63,694 nucleotides of DNA, filler included, from Octopus bimaculoides (GCF_001194135.2; 5 parts of 5 records of this genome joined end to end with filler, not necessarily neighbours in it), one strand, 5' to 3'. Shown: positions 1-12,705, counted from the whole stretch's first letter. Made by a program: numbers and translations. Notes: generated by a model from the letters alone, not told the origin.

Positions 1-1111
1 ATACATATATAAATATGTATATATACACATATATATATATATATATATGTGTGTGTTTGTGTGTGTGTATACACACACACAGGTACCTGTATACATACGC
101 TTGCATTCGTACGTTTATGAATGTTTCTGGGCGTCTTTATGCTTGAACAAGTGAGTATTTGTGTATTTCTACCTGAACTTATGCTTGCGTGACGATGGCA
201 ATTTGCATACGTATTTGCAGTTGTGTGCTTTTCTGTAGTGAAGTGATTAGATTCACTGTAGGTATATTTTCTTCATTTATTTTTTCGGGGTGATGGTGGT
301 AGTGTTGTGGTTTGCGGCAAACGAGACGGGTACGTTTATAATTCAATGATAGGGTAGTAGAAGAATGCCACTTATGCGCTAGTTTATATATTATATATCT
401 GCAATCAAATATAATGCTAGATTCATTTTAATGGTAATCTGCCTATCGTGCAAAGGATTATTGAATGCTTTCATGCATAATTTAGAAAAATTTGAAGATA
501 ATAGGTTATAATATTTAAATATATATTATTTAATATTGATTATAGCCGCCATATGACTACGTGAATATTTACTTGTCTCTGGAGGCACCATTTTGGAATT
601 GTCTGGAAATATTCCTGTATGATGCTTAAATATGCTAGATTGATTAAGAAATCAATTTTCATCAATTAAAATTAATCAATAATAATGCATAAGCGTTCCA
701 TTGTTCTGAGTCATAAACTTCGCTCAAATTCATCTATTACATTGTTGCTCTCCCTTTGGACAATATTTGAACCTCATTTTACATCTAAAACACTTTCCAT
801 TGATTTAATAGGAGAAATGACACAATTTTTTACGGCATATTGCCTATCACGCGAAGGCATATGTTTGTCGATAGGTAGCTGACATTGCAACCAGGTGATT
901 TTAGGTTAAGACCTACTGAGCGGTATTTGGGCAAGAGTCTTCTACCATTAACTCTATGACCGACGAATAACATGATTTTCGTAGACGTAATTATGCGAAA
1001 GACCGTTGTGTGTGTATACGAACGCACGCACGCACGCACGCACGCTCACACACACATACACACATAACAATAATGATTTTGATAGTAGTAGTAGTAGTAG
1101 TAGTAGTAATT

Positions 1112-1655
1112 TTGGACACTTTGCAACAGATATGGTCTTGACTGAACAAAACTTTGTTACGAACATAAACACGAAGGCATCATCGAAAATAATAGTGCAA
1201 AGATTCTATGGGATTTTATGATTCAGTGCGACCATGAGATAGGAAATAGGAAGATAGACATAGTCTTAATTGAGAAAGAAAGCAAACGATACTGGGCCAT
1301 AATGTAGCATGCCCAGCTGACAACAAGTTATGCGACAAGGAAGAAAGAAAAGTTGATAGATATGACAGGTTGGTTTGGGAGTTTAAGCAGTTGTGGTCGC
1401 CGAAATATGTGGTAGAAGTACCAATAATTGTCGGATCCCTGGAAACAATGTGTAAAAATCTTGAGAAGTACATGGAACAAATAGGGAAAACAGTATTTGC
1501 AGGAACCGCTCGAATACTCCGGATGGTGCAAGAAAAATAAGGGGTGTTACCTTTGTTCACTGGTAGTGAACAGCTGACACCGTAGTTCATCTCCAGCGTT
1601 AGACATTGTGCAAAGATAACAACAACAACAATAATAGTAATAGTAATAATAATTT
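1112..1655 (+). mobile_element. 3' end of a restriction-like-endonuclease non-LTR retrotransposon (R4/Dong-like), decayed
   Basis: Translation with one stop and one frameshift: WTLCNRYGLD*TKLCYEHKHEGIIENNSAKILWDFMIQCDHEIGNRKIDIVLIEKESKRYWAI/..CPADNKLCDKEERKVDRYDRLVWEFKQLWSPKYVVEVPIIVGSLETMCKNLEKYMEQIGKTVFAGTARILRMVQEK*. ILWDF, R(P)DIV and ARILR motifs are typical of the R4-clade C-terminus. Short 3' UTR followed by an (AAC/AAT)n tail. Confidence 0.85.
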
Positions 1656-1884
1656 CATTTGGCTATTAACACTAAAGTTTACACTATTAATTTCATACAG
1701 GGAAGTATGCTTTGAGACAACAGAAAAAATCTCTTTCGAGATTGGTTGCTTTATTAAACACCTCTATCAAACTAATCTTTAAATATACGTAGAGATTTTC
1801 CAATTACATGCAAAATAATGAAAATCATACACGCCGAACCAGATTTATCAGGATTGCGTATGCCATTTATTCGTCCAGACACAC

Positions 1885-1924
<40 letters not shown>

Positions 1925-2137
1925 CAATGTGTGTGTGTGTTGCTTTGTGTGTATGTGTGTGTGTATGTGTGTCTGTGCGTGTTTAAATGAGGTGTATAGT
2001 TGTAATAATGGTATTAGGGAAAATAGTAATATTTTGAAGCCATTTAATACGCAAGTCTCACGATAGCATAATATATAGTAAGGAACAATGCTAACGATTC
2101 TGCCAGTTCGCCGCCTTATGGGGTCGATGATAATAAT

Positions 2138-2349
2138 CCTTTCCATTATAGGCGCAATAGCTGAAATTTTGAGGGAAGGCGCAAGTTGATTACATCCAGC
2201 CCAGTACTCAGCTGGTACTTAATTTATTGACCCCGAAAGGATGAAAGGCAAAGTCGATCCCGGCGAAATTTCAACTCAGAATTTAGCGGCAGACGAAATA
2301 ACGCTAAGCATTTCGCCCAGCGTGCTGACGATTCTGCCTGCTCGCTGCC
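2138..2349 (-). mobile_element. SINE family B copy (tail type 2)
   Basis: Reverse complement of the family B body (..gagttgaaatttcgccgggatcgactttgcctttcatcctttcggggtcaataaattaagtaccag..). Flanked by a 22-bp direct repeat ttatggggtcgatgataataat at 2116-2137 and 2350-2371. Confidence 0.85.
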
Positions 2350-2450
2350 TTATGGGGTCGATGATAATAATGACAACGATTAATATGATATTAAATACGA
2401 TATTAATAACAACAATAATTAACACATTTGATTTAAGCGGAATGACGTAA

Positions 2451-3010
2451 TTTTTAAGGGAAGGTTTAAGTTTATTACATCGATCACTGTACTTCATCCA
2501 CACTTTGTTTTATTCACCCCATAAGGGAAGAAAGCAAAGTTGAACCCGGCGGAATTAGATCTTACCCCTTAATGACCCAGGTGTAATGCAGCTAATCATC
2601 TTACCCTACACACTAACGTTTCCACTACACTTTCGCTGTTGTTATCGGTGTTAATGATTTCATATTGTTGCAGAAAGCCAATTAGTTTAGGGAAAGGAAG
2701 GAAGTCGCTTATATCGATGCCAGTGCTAAGCTGGCATTATTTATTGATACCAACGTCGGTAGTATTGATCTCGGTGAAATCTGAACTCAGAACGCAAAGA
2801 ATCTTGTTTCTCATGCTAACGATTCTTCCCAGCTCGGCTAACGATTCTTCCAAGGGTAACGATTCTTCTCATGCTAACGATTCTTCCCAGCTCAGCAAAA
2901 GTAGTTTTAAGAGGAGAGAGAAAGTTGATTACATGGACTCAGTATTTGGCTCGTACCTTATTTTATCAATCCTAAGATGAAGAAAGGCAAGGTTCGTACT
3001 TAGAAATAAT
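2451..3010 (-). mobile_element. Cluster of degenerate SINE family B fragments
   Basis: Repeated gcaaagttgaacccggcggaatt, gatctcggtgaaatctgaactcagaac and gaaaggcaagg segments, plus four copies of the head motif (c)taacgattcttc at 2816-2886. Confidence 0.6.
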
Positions 3011-3794
3011 GTGTCTGAAAAAATATAATGACTCGTTAAAGAGTTTGTCATGTTGCTGCTTTTAGTCTTAGTTCTAATAATAATTCCTCTGACTAACTGC
3101 GCTGTATGGACATGAGCCTCGATGAGAAGTAAATTTCCTCCGAAATATCTGGAATATCATGAAATCAGTATCCCAGTTAACGAAACATTTAAGTTAAGTA
3201 CGTCATAAGGCCCACTTGGAATCGAAAACTGAATCGATTCTTATATATTAGTTGCGCAAAGTTGACCGAAATAAATTGGTGAAAGAAAATACAGTAACTG
3301 CGTAAATGGCGAGCATGTAAGGCAAAACATAAAGCGCAGGATAAACAAATCAGTGTTGTACCTAATATTCTAAAATAAGCAAAACAAACGTGCAATAGCA
3401 TTTGATATACATTGTACTCGCGATAATTTGTTCTTTATGATTATTACACAGAGATTATTATTTAAATAGCATATATAAACACGAAATTTGAAAGAACTAT
3501 ACATTCAGAACAAACGAAATAAACCAGAATGGAACTTATTGTGAATAGAAACAAAAGATAAACAAACGGAATTTTCTATAGAAAGAAATCAAATCAATAT
3601 GAGCATAAAAGGAAACTAATACAGTTGTGAAACAAATAACGTATGATCATTGATACATCAAACAGTAACAAAACGATGACCGGCCGTGTCAGCATATGTA
3701 ATGAATTTTGAGGCACAGCCAATTGTAAAAACGGTATGAAAGTAATTTAATGGGTTTAGAAGTGATGACTTAACAAATAGTGATTTTGAATTTT

Positions 3795-3945
3795 TTGGCA
3801 CAATGCCAGCAATTTCAAAGGAGGAGATAAATCGATTAGAACGACCACATTTCACAAATTATACACCCACGAAAGGATGAAAAGCAAAGTCGATCTCGAT
3901 GGAGTGTGAACTGAGAACTAAAACGATTAAGGCAGCGTGCCGCAT
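3795..3945 (-). mobile_element. Degenerate SINE family B copy (tail type 3)
   Basis: tttggcacaatgccagcaatttc ... gaaaggatgaaaagcaaagtcgatc ... gaactgagaac. Confidence 0.6.
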
Positions 3946-5016
3946 CAATAAAAACAATAATGATGAGTAGGAGTGAGAGGAGAAAGTGGAGGAGGGGAAG
4001 AGGAGGCGGAAGAGGACGATGATTACGACGGCAAGAAGAAGAAGAAAAAATATATAGATCTCTAAATTTAAGATCATAAAACGCGTAGTCAGAATACACA
4101 TTGAAAGTAAAACACATCCAACAACATAAAACGTAGGACCCCAAACCAGCCAATGAAAACAGCATTTGAGAAAAAAGAAACTAGAGAAAGTGTATAACAT
4201 CTCGAAAACTGAAGAATACCACGCGACACTGGTTACTACAAAATTAGTAATTAATCAGTTACGACACAGTGACAATGCTCGAGAACTCAATTCTAGAAAA
4301 TTCAATGAAATATAGTAAATAAAAATATCAATATATCAAATTTTAAACCAAGATAAATGTTGTTTAAAGATTAAAGACAAGGGCAAGCTTAAGATTAAGC
4401 AAGATTAAGCACAAGCTTATTTATTTCCGGAACAAAATTTTACCTTCGACTTCATAATTAACAGAAGCTGAAATAAAATACGCTTCAAAATAGATGAAAA
4501 TGTTTTATAGTGATGATGATTACGGAAAAAAAAGTCTTCAAATTGAATATGACTTATAGAAAATGATATGAAGTTAAAATTGTTTATCTAGTCGTGGGTA
4601 ATGAGTTGGACATTCGTATCATCCAAATTCTTTAGCCTGTAAAATAAGAGAAAAATGTTATTTCTATCTAATTAAATGCGAGAAGTCTAATGTGCTACCT
4701 GCATTCATTCGCAAACAACATCGAGGCAAAGAAGGATAACGATGGCAGCAGCAGCTACAGAGAATGTTCGACAGCAACAACAATACTGACATCAGCAATA
4801 GATTGCATTGCTTTTGTCATGGAGACCCATTGATGCATACAATGATAATGCATTCAAATATGTTGCAAACGAAGTTTTAAACAATTCAGTTATATCAAAA
4901 TGAAGGACATATCTAATGCGCAAGATATTAATATGCCTCTAATTTAAGTATTTAGAAATGAGTAAAATACAATATCTAGTATGAACTACCAACAATGTGA
5001 CCATCCAACATTCATT

Positions 5017-5140
5017 ATGCCGGGGTGAGGACTAATCGATTACATTGATCCCGTTCTCGGCTGATTCTAATCTTGTCGATCTCTGAAGAGGAATGGCAAA
5101 GTCGACCTCGGTGGAATTTGAACTAAGAATGTTAAATTGT
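5017..5140 (-). mobile_element. SINE family B fragment
   Basis: ggactaatcgattacattgatccc ... ggcaaagtcgacctcggtggaatttgaactaagaatgt. Confidence 0.7.
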
Positions 5141-5386
5141 TCAGAAATGCCCGTGGAGATGTTTTAGGCCTACCCAAGAACACCCCACAACATTTGCTGT
5201 TACATCTAACAATTAGCTGGACACTCACGCATGTCTATGCTTCTCTATATGCTTTATATAAATAAATGTTGTCAAGACCTAAAACAATGCAATGAGTTAT
5301 ATTAAATCTTTAGCGTATATATTTGCATGCATGCACATATAATATGCACATGCACACATATATACGAAGAGATTAGATGAATGCAC

Positions 5387-5526
5387 CTTGCGGACAAGAA
5401 ATTCTTTCGGCTTGTTTATTAAAGTCTCTCAATTTTAAAGGTCCGTTTGAGCATTTCGGTTCTTCGTAAATCAAGAAGTGACAAGCATCAACTTTGTAAT
5501 CTTGATATAGATGGTTATAGATAGCT
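5387..5526 (-). CDS. Candidate internal exon, 140 nt (AIYNHLYQDYKVDACHFLIYEEPKCSNGPLKLRDFNKQAERISCPQ)
   Basis: Acceptor aaaatattctacag, 46 open codons in AT-rich DNA, weak donor caag|gtgcat. Its phase does not join directly to the 6338-6460 candidate exon. Confidence 0.2.
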
Positions 5527-5579
5527 CTGTAGAATATTTTATGGATGTATATTACTTATATTTTTTTTATTTATTCTGG

Positions 5580-6430
5580 CCCCCGTCATCCGAATTGTTG
5601 CGACAGAAAACAGACGTCATATTTGCCCCAAGATAGACACTGTGTGATTTCTTCTTGCGTCTACAATTATTCATTCACATCTACTTCTGTTCCTTCTGAC
5701 TCTGATCTTTTGTTATTTTTAGTGCTATCTTCTTACCGCTTCTGCACACTATTTATTCTTCTACACATGACATAAAGTCAAGCATAAAAGCTGCATTTCC
5801 GAGAGAAAATTGTGGTCATTAGAAGCCACAGGGAGGGAAATGAACAATCAGATCAATCAAACGTGATGTTGCTGCATACAAGCTTAGTAGCATACAATAT
5901 TTTATACTCATGATAAAATACATACATCAGCAACCGCAGTAATGTCTTTGGTTTTGAGAAATGTGCTTTTTTAAGTTTATACTTTGCAGCATCGTCAATG
6001 ACAAATATTTTTGTTTCGTTTTAGCAATCTATTACAAAGTTCTTCCCACTGTTTCTCAAACAGTAGATCCCACAATATTTTATGACTGTGGGATGTATCG
6101 AGAGCTGTCTCAATCTCTCTCTAGATACACCTCCCACATCTTCTCCATGTCGTCATACTTATGGCCGCTTCCGATTACCCTGTAATGTTAACTGTTATTA
6201 TGTCTAATAATTATATTTTGCTTTGGTTTATAGAATGTGCAATAGCGGCTTATTTTCTTTGAAACTACAAATGTGCATGGACCTTCGTCTGTCACTTTGA
6301 TTTTTATTCTGATGGAGGAAATACTAGTTCATAATACCTCCATGATTAGATTCCCTGGAGTGGGCCATTCTAAATCAGCATAACAATCCCATTTCAACGG
6401 ACATAAGAAAGTTAATAGTAGCGTTGTCGA
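5580..6430 (-). pseudogene. Possible decayed actin-family (actin-like/ARP) sequence
   Basis: Motifs on the minus strand, in actin order but in different frames: LVLLDN (~6430), LVFPP (~6320), DDMEKMW (6154-6134), LRQLSIHP (~6110-6090), LLSLYAA (~5890), SVYLGANM (~5635). Stops, frameshifts and inconsistent spacing occur in the distal part. Confidence 0.3.
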
Positions 6431-6460
6431 GTAAAACCAGGGAAATAAGCATCTCTTCAT
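6338..6460 (-). CDS. Candidate first coding exon encoding a signal-peptide-like N-terminus (MKRCLFPWFYSTTLLLTFLCPLKWDCYADLEWPTPGNLIME)
   Basis: Strong acceptor (T-rich tract ending aaatttctgtcag, exon edge 6488), ATG at 6460, basic start followed by a hydrophobic core, donor gag|gtatta at 6337. No in-phase next exon found. Confidence 0.3.
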
Positions 6461-7386
6461 TGAAATGGTAGACGCATCGTACAAAGAACTGACAGAAATT
6501 TTAAAAATTGAAGATGTTGGAAAAAAAAAAAAAAATTTGTACTGAAAACGGAATTATTTCTGAAATCTCTTGCGTTGTATATGTAGAAACACGCGATCGA
6601 ATGCATAATGGAAATTATTTGACCTGCATATATGCAAACTCTACAGAAAGTAGCATTATTACACACCCGCATATTTAAGAAAATTATGACCGTTGCAACA
6701 GAAAATATTTAAAGCATACAACGAGTTCACAGTATGTATTAGTATTCAAGGCACCTCAGAAATAACAATATGAGTGAGCAACATATTAGTTCTATTTGTT
6801 CAAATGTTTGTTAAAAAAGAAAGCACGACACATAGGGGATCACATACCTTGTAGAAAAGGGATACATAACAGACATTGCTTCAGAAAAAAGTACACAATC
6901 AGACGCAACGCAAATATGTTTATACCGAAGAAAAGTAAATCAGAAAAAAAAAAAATCAGAAAATTAATTACCATCTTTATTACTTGTGAAACCAATTAGG
7001 ATGCATTACTTGTTTTTCTATATTCTCAGATATCTAAGATGCAGGCCATAGAAATGCTTTTTCTATGGCCTAAAATTACCCACATAACTGATCTCCCGTT
7101 TTTAGACCACTGTTAGTGGTCTAAGAACGGAGAATGTCGTAAAAAATTTGGAAATTGTGCCACCACTGGAGATTCCAGAACTAAGTTGAATTGCGCTCGA
7201 TTGAAGAGATACATCTACAAGTTTGATGCGGTCGTATTTTAGACAAACTTCTGGTAGAATCGATCGTCTGTGAAAAAAGAACCTTCACAAACTAGACGAA
7301 ATAATCCAAAATGTTTTGTTGGACGCTTTGGTAATTCGAAACCTCATTGATTCGAGGAAGACATTATAACACATATTAAACAGGAA

Positions 7387-7620
7387 GGCGTCGAGCTGGC
7401 AGAAACGTTAGCACGCCGGGCGAAATGCTTAGCGGTATTTCGTCTGCCGCTACGTTCTGAGTTCAAATTCCGCTGAGGTCGACTTTGCCTTTCATCCTTT
7501 CGGGGTCGATTAAATAAGTACCAGTTACGCACTGGGGTCGGTGTAATCGATTTAATCCGCTTGTCTGTCCTTGTTTGTCCCCCTTGTGTGTATCCCCTTG
7601 TGGGTAGTAAAGAAATGACC
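7387..7620 (+). mobile_element. Full-length SINE family B (tail type 1) with 15-bp target-site duplication
   Basis: Head ggcgtcgagctggcagaaacgttagc, B-box-like gagttcaaattcc, central gcctttcatcctttcggggtcgat, tail ccccttgtgggtagtaaagaaat. TSD catattaaacaggaa at 7372-7386 and 7621-7635. Confidence 0.92.
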
Positions 7621-8073
7621 CATATTAAACAGGAAAATAAACAATGCACAATAGGAAGCCTTGTATTATAGAATAGATTTCATTACTAAAGCATAAACAA
7701 AAGATGAATACAATATATTTTTTGAAATACAAAATATGTTTTTGTTCTTTATTATGTGCTTGTACCATTTTAATCATTGTGTATGTATGTACTTTAAAAA
7801 TGCTGGCATATATATGTTTCATTGAAATTTAATTAGCTATTTCAATAAAATCAGGTAAAACGAAATCGAATCTATATGAAGTGAAATATGAATTACATTT
7901 TACTTACATCTTTCTTTGAAACTTAGCAACGTTATGGGTATTGCTGCAATGTCAGATAACGGAGATCCAGATGCGTTTGTTTCCAATTTTATATTGTCTT
8001 TTTTTTCACACCACTTCACTATTTACTGACGCTTTGTTCCGCTTTTTTCAATTACACATATTTTCTGAAGCTA

Positions 8074-8074
<1 letters not shown>

Positions 8075-8128
<54 letters not shown>

Positions 8129-8154
8129 ATGCCTGTCTGTCTATCTATCAATAT
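8075..8154. repeat. (TCTA)n microsatellite running into a gap
   Basis: Visible tandem tcta units. Confidence 0.95.
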
Positions 8155-8287
8155 NNNNNNNNNNNNNNNNNNNNNNNNNNNNNNNNNNNNNNNNNNNNNN
8201 NNNNNNNNNNNNNNNNNNNNNNNNNNNNNNNNNNNNNNNNNNNNNNNNNNNNNNNNNNNNNNNNNNNNNNNNNNNNNNNNNNCAGAC

Positions 8288-8318
<31 letters not shown>

Positions 8319-9660
8319 CGCATATACACACGCATTATACATATATGTATGTGTGTATTTTCATAGACATATTTACACGTATACTTACCCATGCACACAT
8401 ACGCCTACACACACACTCATATGTATATGTGTGTTGTGCGTGAGCGGGGGCGCATGTATGTGTGTACATATCTAAATATGTACATCTACGTAATTTTAAG
8501 TATATACACGCCTGTAAATATTAACATTTTTTTATGGCGATATCTTAGGATTTTATATGTGCTAATGCTTTAATAAAAATATATTCAACTAAAATTTAGA
8601 AGTAACATTTTATAAACTTTATAAATTTTGATTTCCATTTTAATATATTTCGTAGGTGCGAAATATGTTGAAATAAAATGTTATTAATATTGCTTTAGGG
8701 ATATACGTATGCATTACATCGCACTATATTGTTATAGAGTATATAGTTTTACTTACAAAATATATGATCTTATAAGTTTATAAATATTAGCATCTGCGTT
8801 GCAGGTCAGCAAATTGTGATATTACAAGAGCAGAAGTGCCATTATAACGTTACATGAGGTTATGTATTTGAGTGTGTTAATGATGCTGAATTGTTTTCCG
8901 TTACCATTATATATTTTCTTCTGTACGAGTGATTCAATAAGTATTGTGCACACTCTTGTACATGGCAAGAAATCAAGTGTACACTGAATGGGAAGACTTG
9001 GTAATTCTTAAGTATTTTGAAATGGCTTTAAATGTAAGATGCACGTAAGGCTTCGTGGGGAAACTTGTTCTTTATTTTCACACTAGTGTTTTGATAAAAA
9101 GCAAGAAAACCATCGGGAAGCTATATAAAAGCTATATAAATCTTTCTATTGTTGCAGGTAGAGAACTCAGAGCTGTGATATTAACTTTCTGCTATTGTTA
9201 TGATAATCTACTAAAGTTGCAAAATTTATTTGATGGAGCAGGTCCTAATGTACTGAAAATTTGAAGTTAAATTTCTCGTAAATTTAAAGACTGTCACTTG
9301 TGGTGAAATTTTGAAGTAAATTTTGAAAACATAAAAAAGAGTGTCACGCTGATAAAATACTGTAATACCTGTAGTCTAATGGTTCGGTAAAACCGCTTTT
9401 TATCCGTATGCATTGACATAAATCTAGTTCATTGTTCTAGAACTGAGATAATTTAAAAGTATAAAATGAAAATTCCTAGATTTAGATACTCGTAAGTATT
9501 TTTTACATGCCTCGATTACCGAGAATGTTATATGAACATGAACGCTTTTCAAAAATTAAAATAGGCAATCTATGATCCAGAAATACCAGTCGATGTTATC
9601 TAAATGCATGTGCACATTTAAAACTGCGTGTGAAATATTAAATACTAATTACTCTTTACC

Positions 9661-10070
9661 CTTTTACTCTTTTATTTGTTTCAGTCATTTGACTGCGGCC
9701 ATGCTAGAGCACCGCCTTTATTCGAGCAAATCGACTCCAGGATTTATTCTTTGTAAACATAGTACTTATTCTATCGGTCTCTTTTGCCGAACCGCTAGGT
9801 TACGGGGACATAAACACACCACCATCGGTTGTCAAGCGATGTTGGGGGACACACACAGCACACAAACATATATACACGCATACACACATACCCATACCCA
9901 TATATATATATACGACGGGCTTCTTTTAGTTTCCGTCTACCAAATCCACTCACAAGGCTTTGGTCGGCCCGAGGCTATAGTAGAAGACACTTGCACAAAG
10001 TGATACGCAGTGGGAATGAACCCGAAACTATGTGGTTGGTAATCAGGCTAATTACAACACAGCCACTCCT
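9661..10070 (-). mobile_element. Full-length SINE family A (tRNA head, CORE-like domain, TA/CA linker, LINE-like tail)
   Basis: Reverse complement of the 62179-62594 copy: head aggagtggctgtgttgtaattagc, gcaagtgtcttctactatagcc, gacggaaactaaaagaagcccgtcg, tail catggccgcagtcaaatgactgaaacaaataaaagagtaaaag. Confidence 0.9.
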
Positions 10071-12145
10071 AATAATCGATACATATTATTAAAGTATATA
10101 CAGAGAGAACATTCATATCATGTAAAATTGCAAAGTATGTGTGATAGGATAGCGAATTAATGACGAACAGTAAACAGATATATTTGAGAAATATTTCAAT
10201 CTGTAAAAAGCTTTTCGGTGCATTTTGTTACTTACACGGAGTTGCTAAAATGTTCCTAGCTTTAAGAGTTCGCAAAGGCTTGGTTGAGGTTCAAACGTTC
10301 GAGTTCTTATACAGAGCTTAGAAAAACTGAAGGACAGTTGCAAATAAATGTGATGAATAAAGACATATTGAACTGATCCTTCTTCATTTTATTTTAATCA
10401 AATCCATGAAATTTTAGCACTCCCTCATCAGTGGAAAATTTGTCGAGACACCATACCACACTTTAATGAAAAGCATTTTTTTCCAAGTTATTTTACTAGG
10501 ATTAAATTCGAAATGAATTTTACAATAGTACGGCAGAATACATCAAGGTATCCGTAACTGGGAAGATTTCGTCTGAAATAAAAAGGAACAACCGTCCATA
10601 GAATAGCAGTCATTGAAAAAAAATCAAGAATTTGTGATTGAGAGAAAATTGATGATGGATTACACGATGTGAATTCGAAGGAAAGTAAGGCACTTCATAA
10701 GCATATTTAGCTTTATGAATAACCGATGTATTATAGTTATTCACGTTTGCCTATTTCAGGATTGTATTGCCGAAATAACTTTTAATAAATTAATACAGTA
10801 CAAGCATATTTATGCTTAGAGATCTATACATTATTATAGAGAAATATAAACGTATTTTGCGATGTGATTATCACTTTATTCTCCTGTACAACATAAGCGT
10901 CGAACTTGCACCAAATCCTCCAACTACGTTACAATAAAGTTCATTGGAAAGAGGATTTATCCTAATGAAAAAGAATGTAGCAAAATTCCATTGTAATGCA
11001 TGAGAAATTTTAATCAATGCATTTCGATTAAATCAACAATCTCTATAATTTTGACCATTTAATAAGAACTAAGTGGTTTACATTAATATCTCTACAGCTA
11101 CAAGCCATTCGTCCATTAAATTTGCGCAATCAAATAGCTTTTAAGATTGAGCGAACATCCACATTGTAGCTCATGGTGAATGCATTGAGACCTAATGTTC
11201 AGAATTTTACAGAATAATCATTTCAGAAGTTAAATTGCTCTATAGGTTATGAATTTATTAATGTACTCGTTAATACATTCCGACAAATCAATTAATATAT
11301 TTGCTTCATTATAACGAATTAATGTATGATTCATATTGGGTACTTGAGAACGTAGTATTTTGATTAAAATACTATCTTTTACACAAGTTTCTTTACACTG
11401 ATTCCATGTCTGTTATAAAAAGACAATGAAGATACCACAATGGTATCTTCATGAAATATATAAGCAATCTCATTGGAGGTCGTACTAGACAAGACAATTT
11501 TGTGTCTATTTACAAAGAAAGGTGGTTTCAAGAAGCCTGAACATTTAATCATTATTGAATCATATTACATATTAATGCATATCAATGAATTTGTATAAAT
11601 ACCCTCGAAAATACTCTGAGACCATTTACTGTGGAATTGGAAGATTAAATGTTCCTCAATATTTAGGCAGAATCTGAAACATATTGATAAGTAATGATAA
11701 TGATAAAATGATAATGAAAAAAGAAGAAATAGTATAGGAAATTTGAGCTACAAAATGCTTGACGGCAGAGGATATATTTTAACTTTTACTTATTACATTC
11801 AAATGCATCCATAATGGGACACCACATTCCGTATTTTGGTCAAAAGCATCAAACCAGATAATTACTTTTTCAGTAAGGTTTTCATGACCTTTCTACAAAC
11901 TGCTTGCTGATGGGCACGGGAAAAAGTCCAGCACTGATTGACAACCTGTGAGGAGACAAATAGACGCAGACATGCACACACGTATTAAATATATATATAT
12001 ATATAGAGAGAGAGAGGGAGAAAGAGAGAATGATACATATATATATATATATTTATAGAAATAGTTAAGATTCTGTTGAATTAGGTACTTAAATTGAGGT
12101 AATGAGTCAGTCCGGTATGGTCCGCACAGCCCGAAATAAGGTGAA

Positions 12146-12705
12146 TATAAAGCAAATACATAACAAGGATGTCAAGATATCAGTGCGTTAAAGCCATTTC
12201 AAGAGGCTCCAAATCACTCATCAATGAAAATATTACGTCAATTTGAAATAAACTGCTCTCTTCGGGTGCATACGACCATATTCATTTCTAACATACTGGA
12301 TACACCATTATGAATGTTTATCAATTTTTTCATCAGTACTACAGACTAAAATAATTACATTGTTTCTCTTGGCTATTTTTGTGGCAGAATGAATTTCGGG
12401 AAAAACTTAAAGCCTTCTGCAACGCTAAATTATAGTAGGCTGTAAGTAATTTCCTGAAATTCTTCCTGCCACGAAAGTTGCAAATTAAAGCAATGTAATT
12501 ATTTTAGGCTCTAGTACTGATGAAAAATTTGCAAAAAAATTATACTGGTGTAACCTGTTTGCTGGAAATTTATATGGTCGTATGCACCCGTAGAGAGCGG
12601 TTTATTTCAAATTGATGTAATGTTTCCATTGATCGAGTAAATGGTGCCGTTTGAAACGACCGTAATGCATTGATATCTGGACAGAGATCGTTGTTATTTC
12701 TTTGC

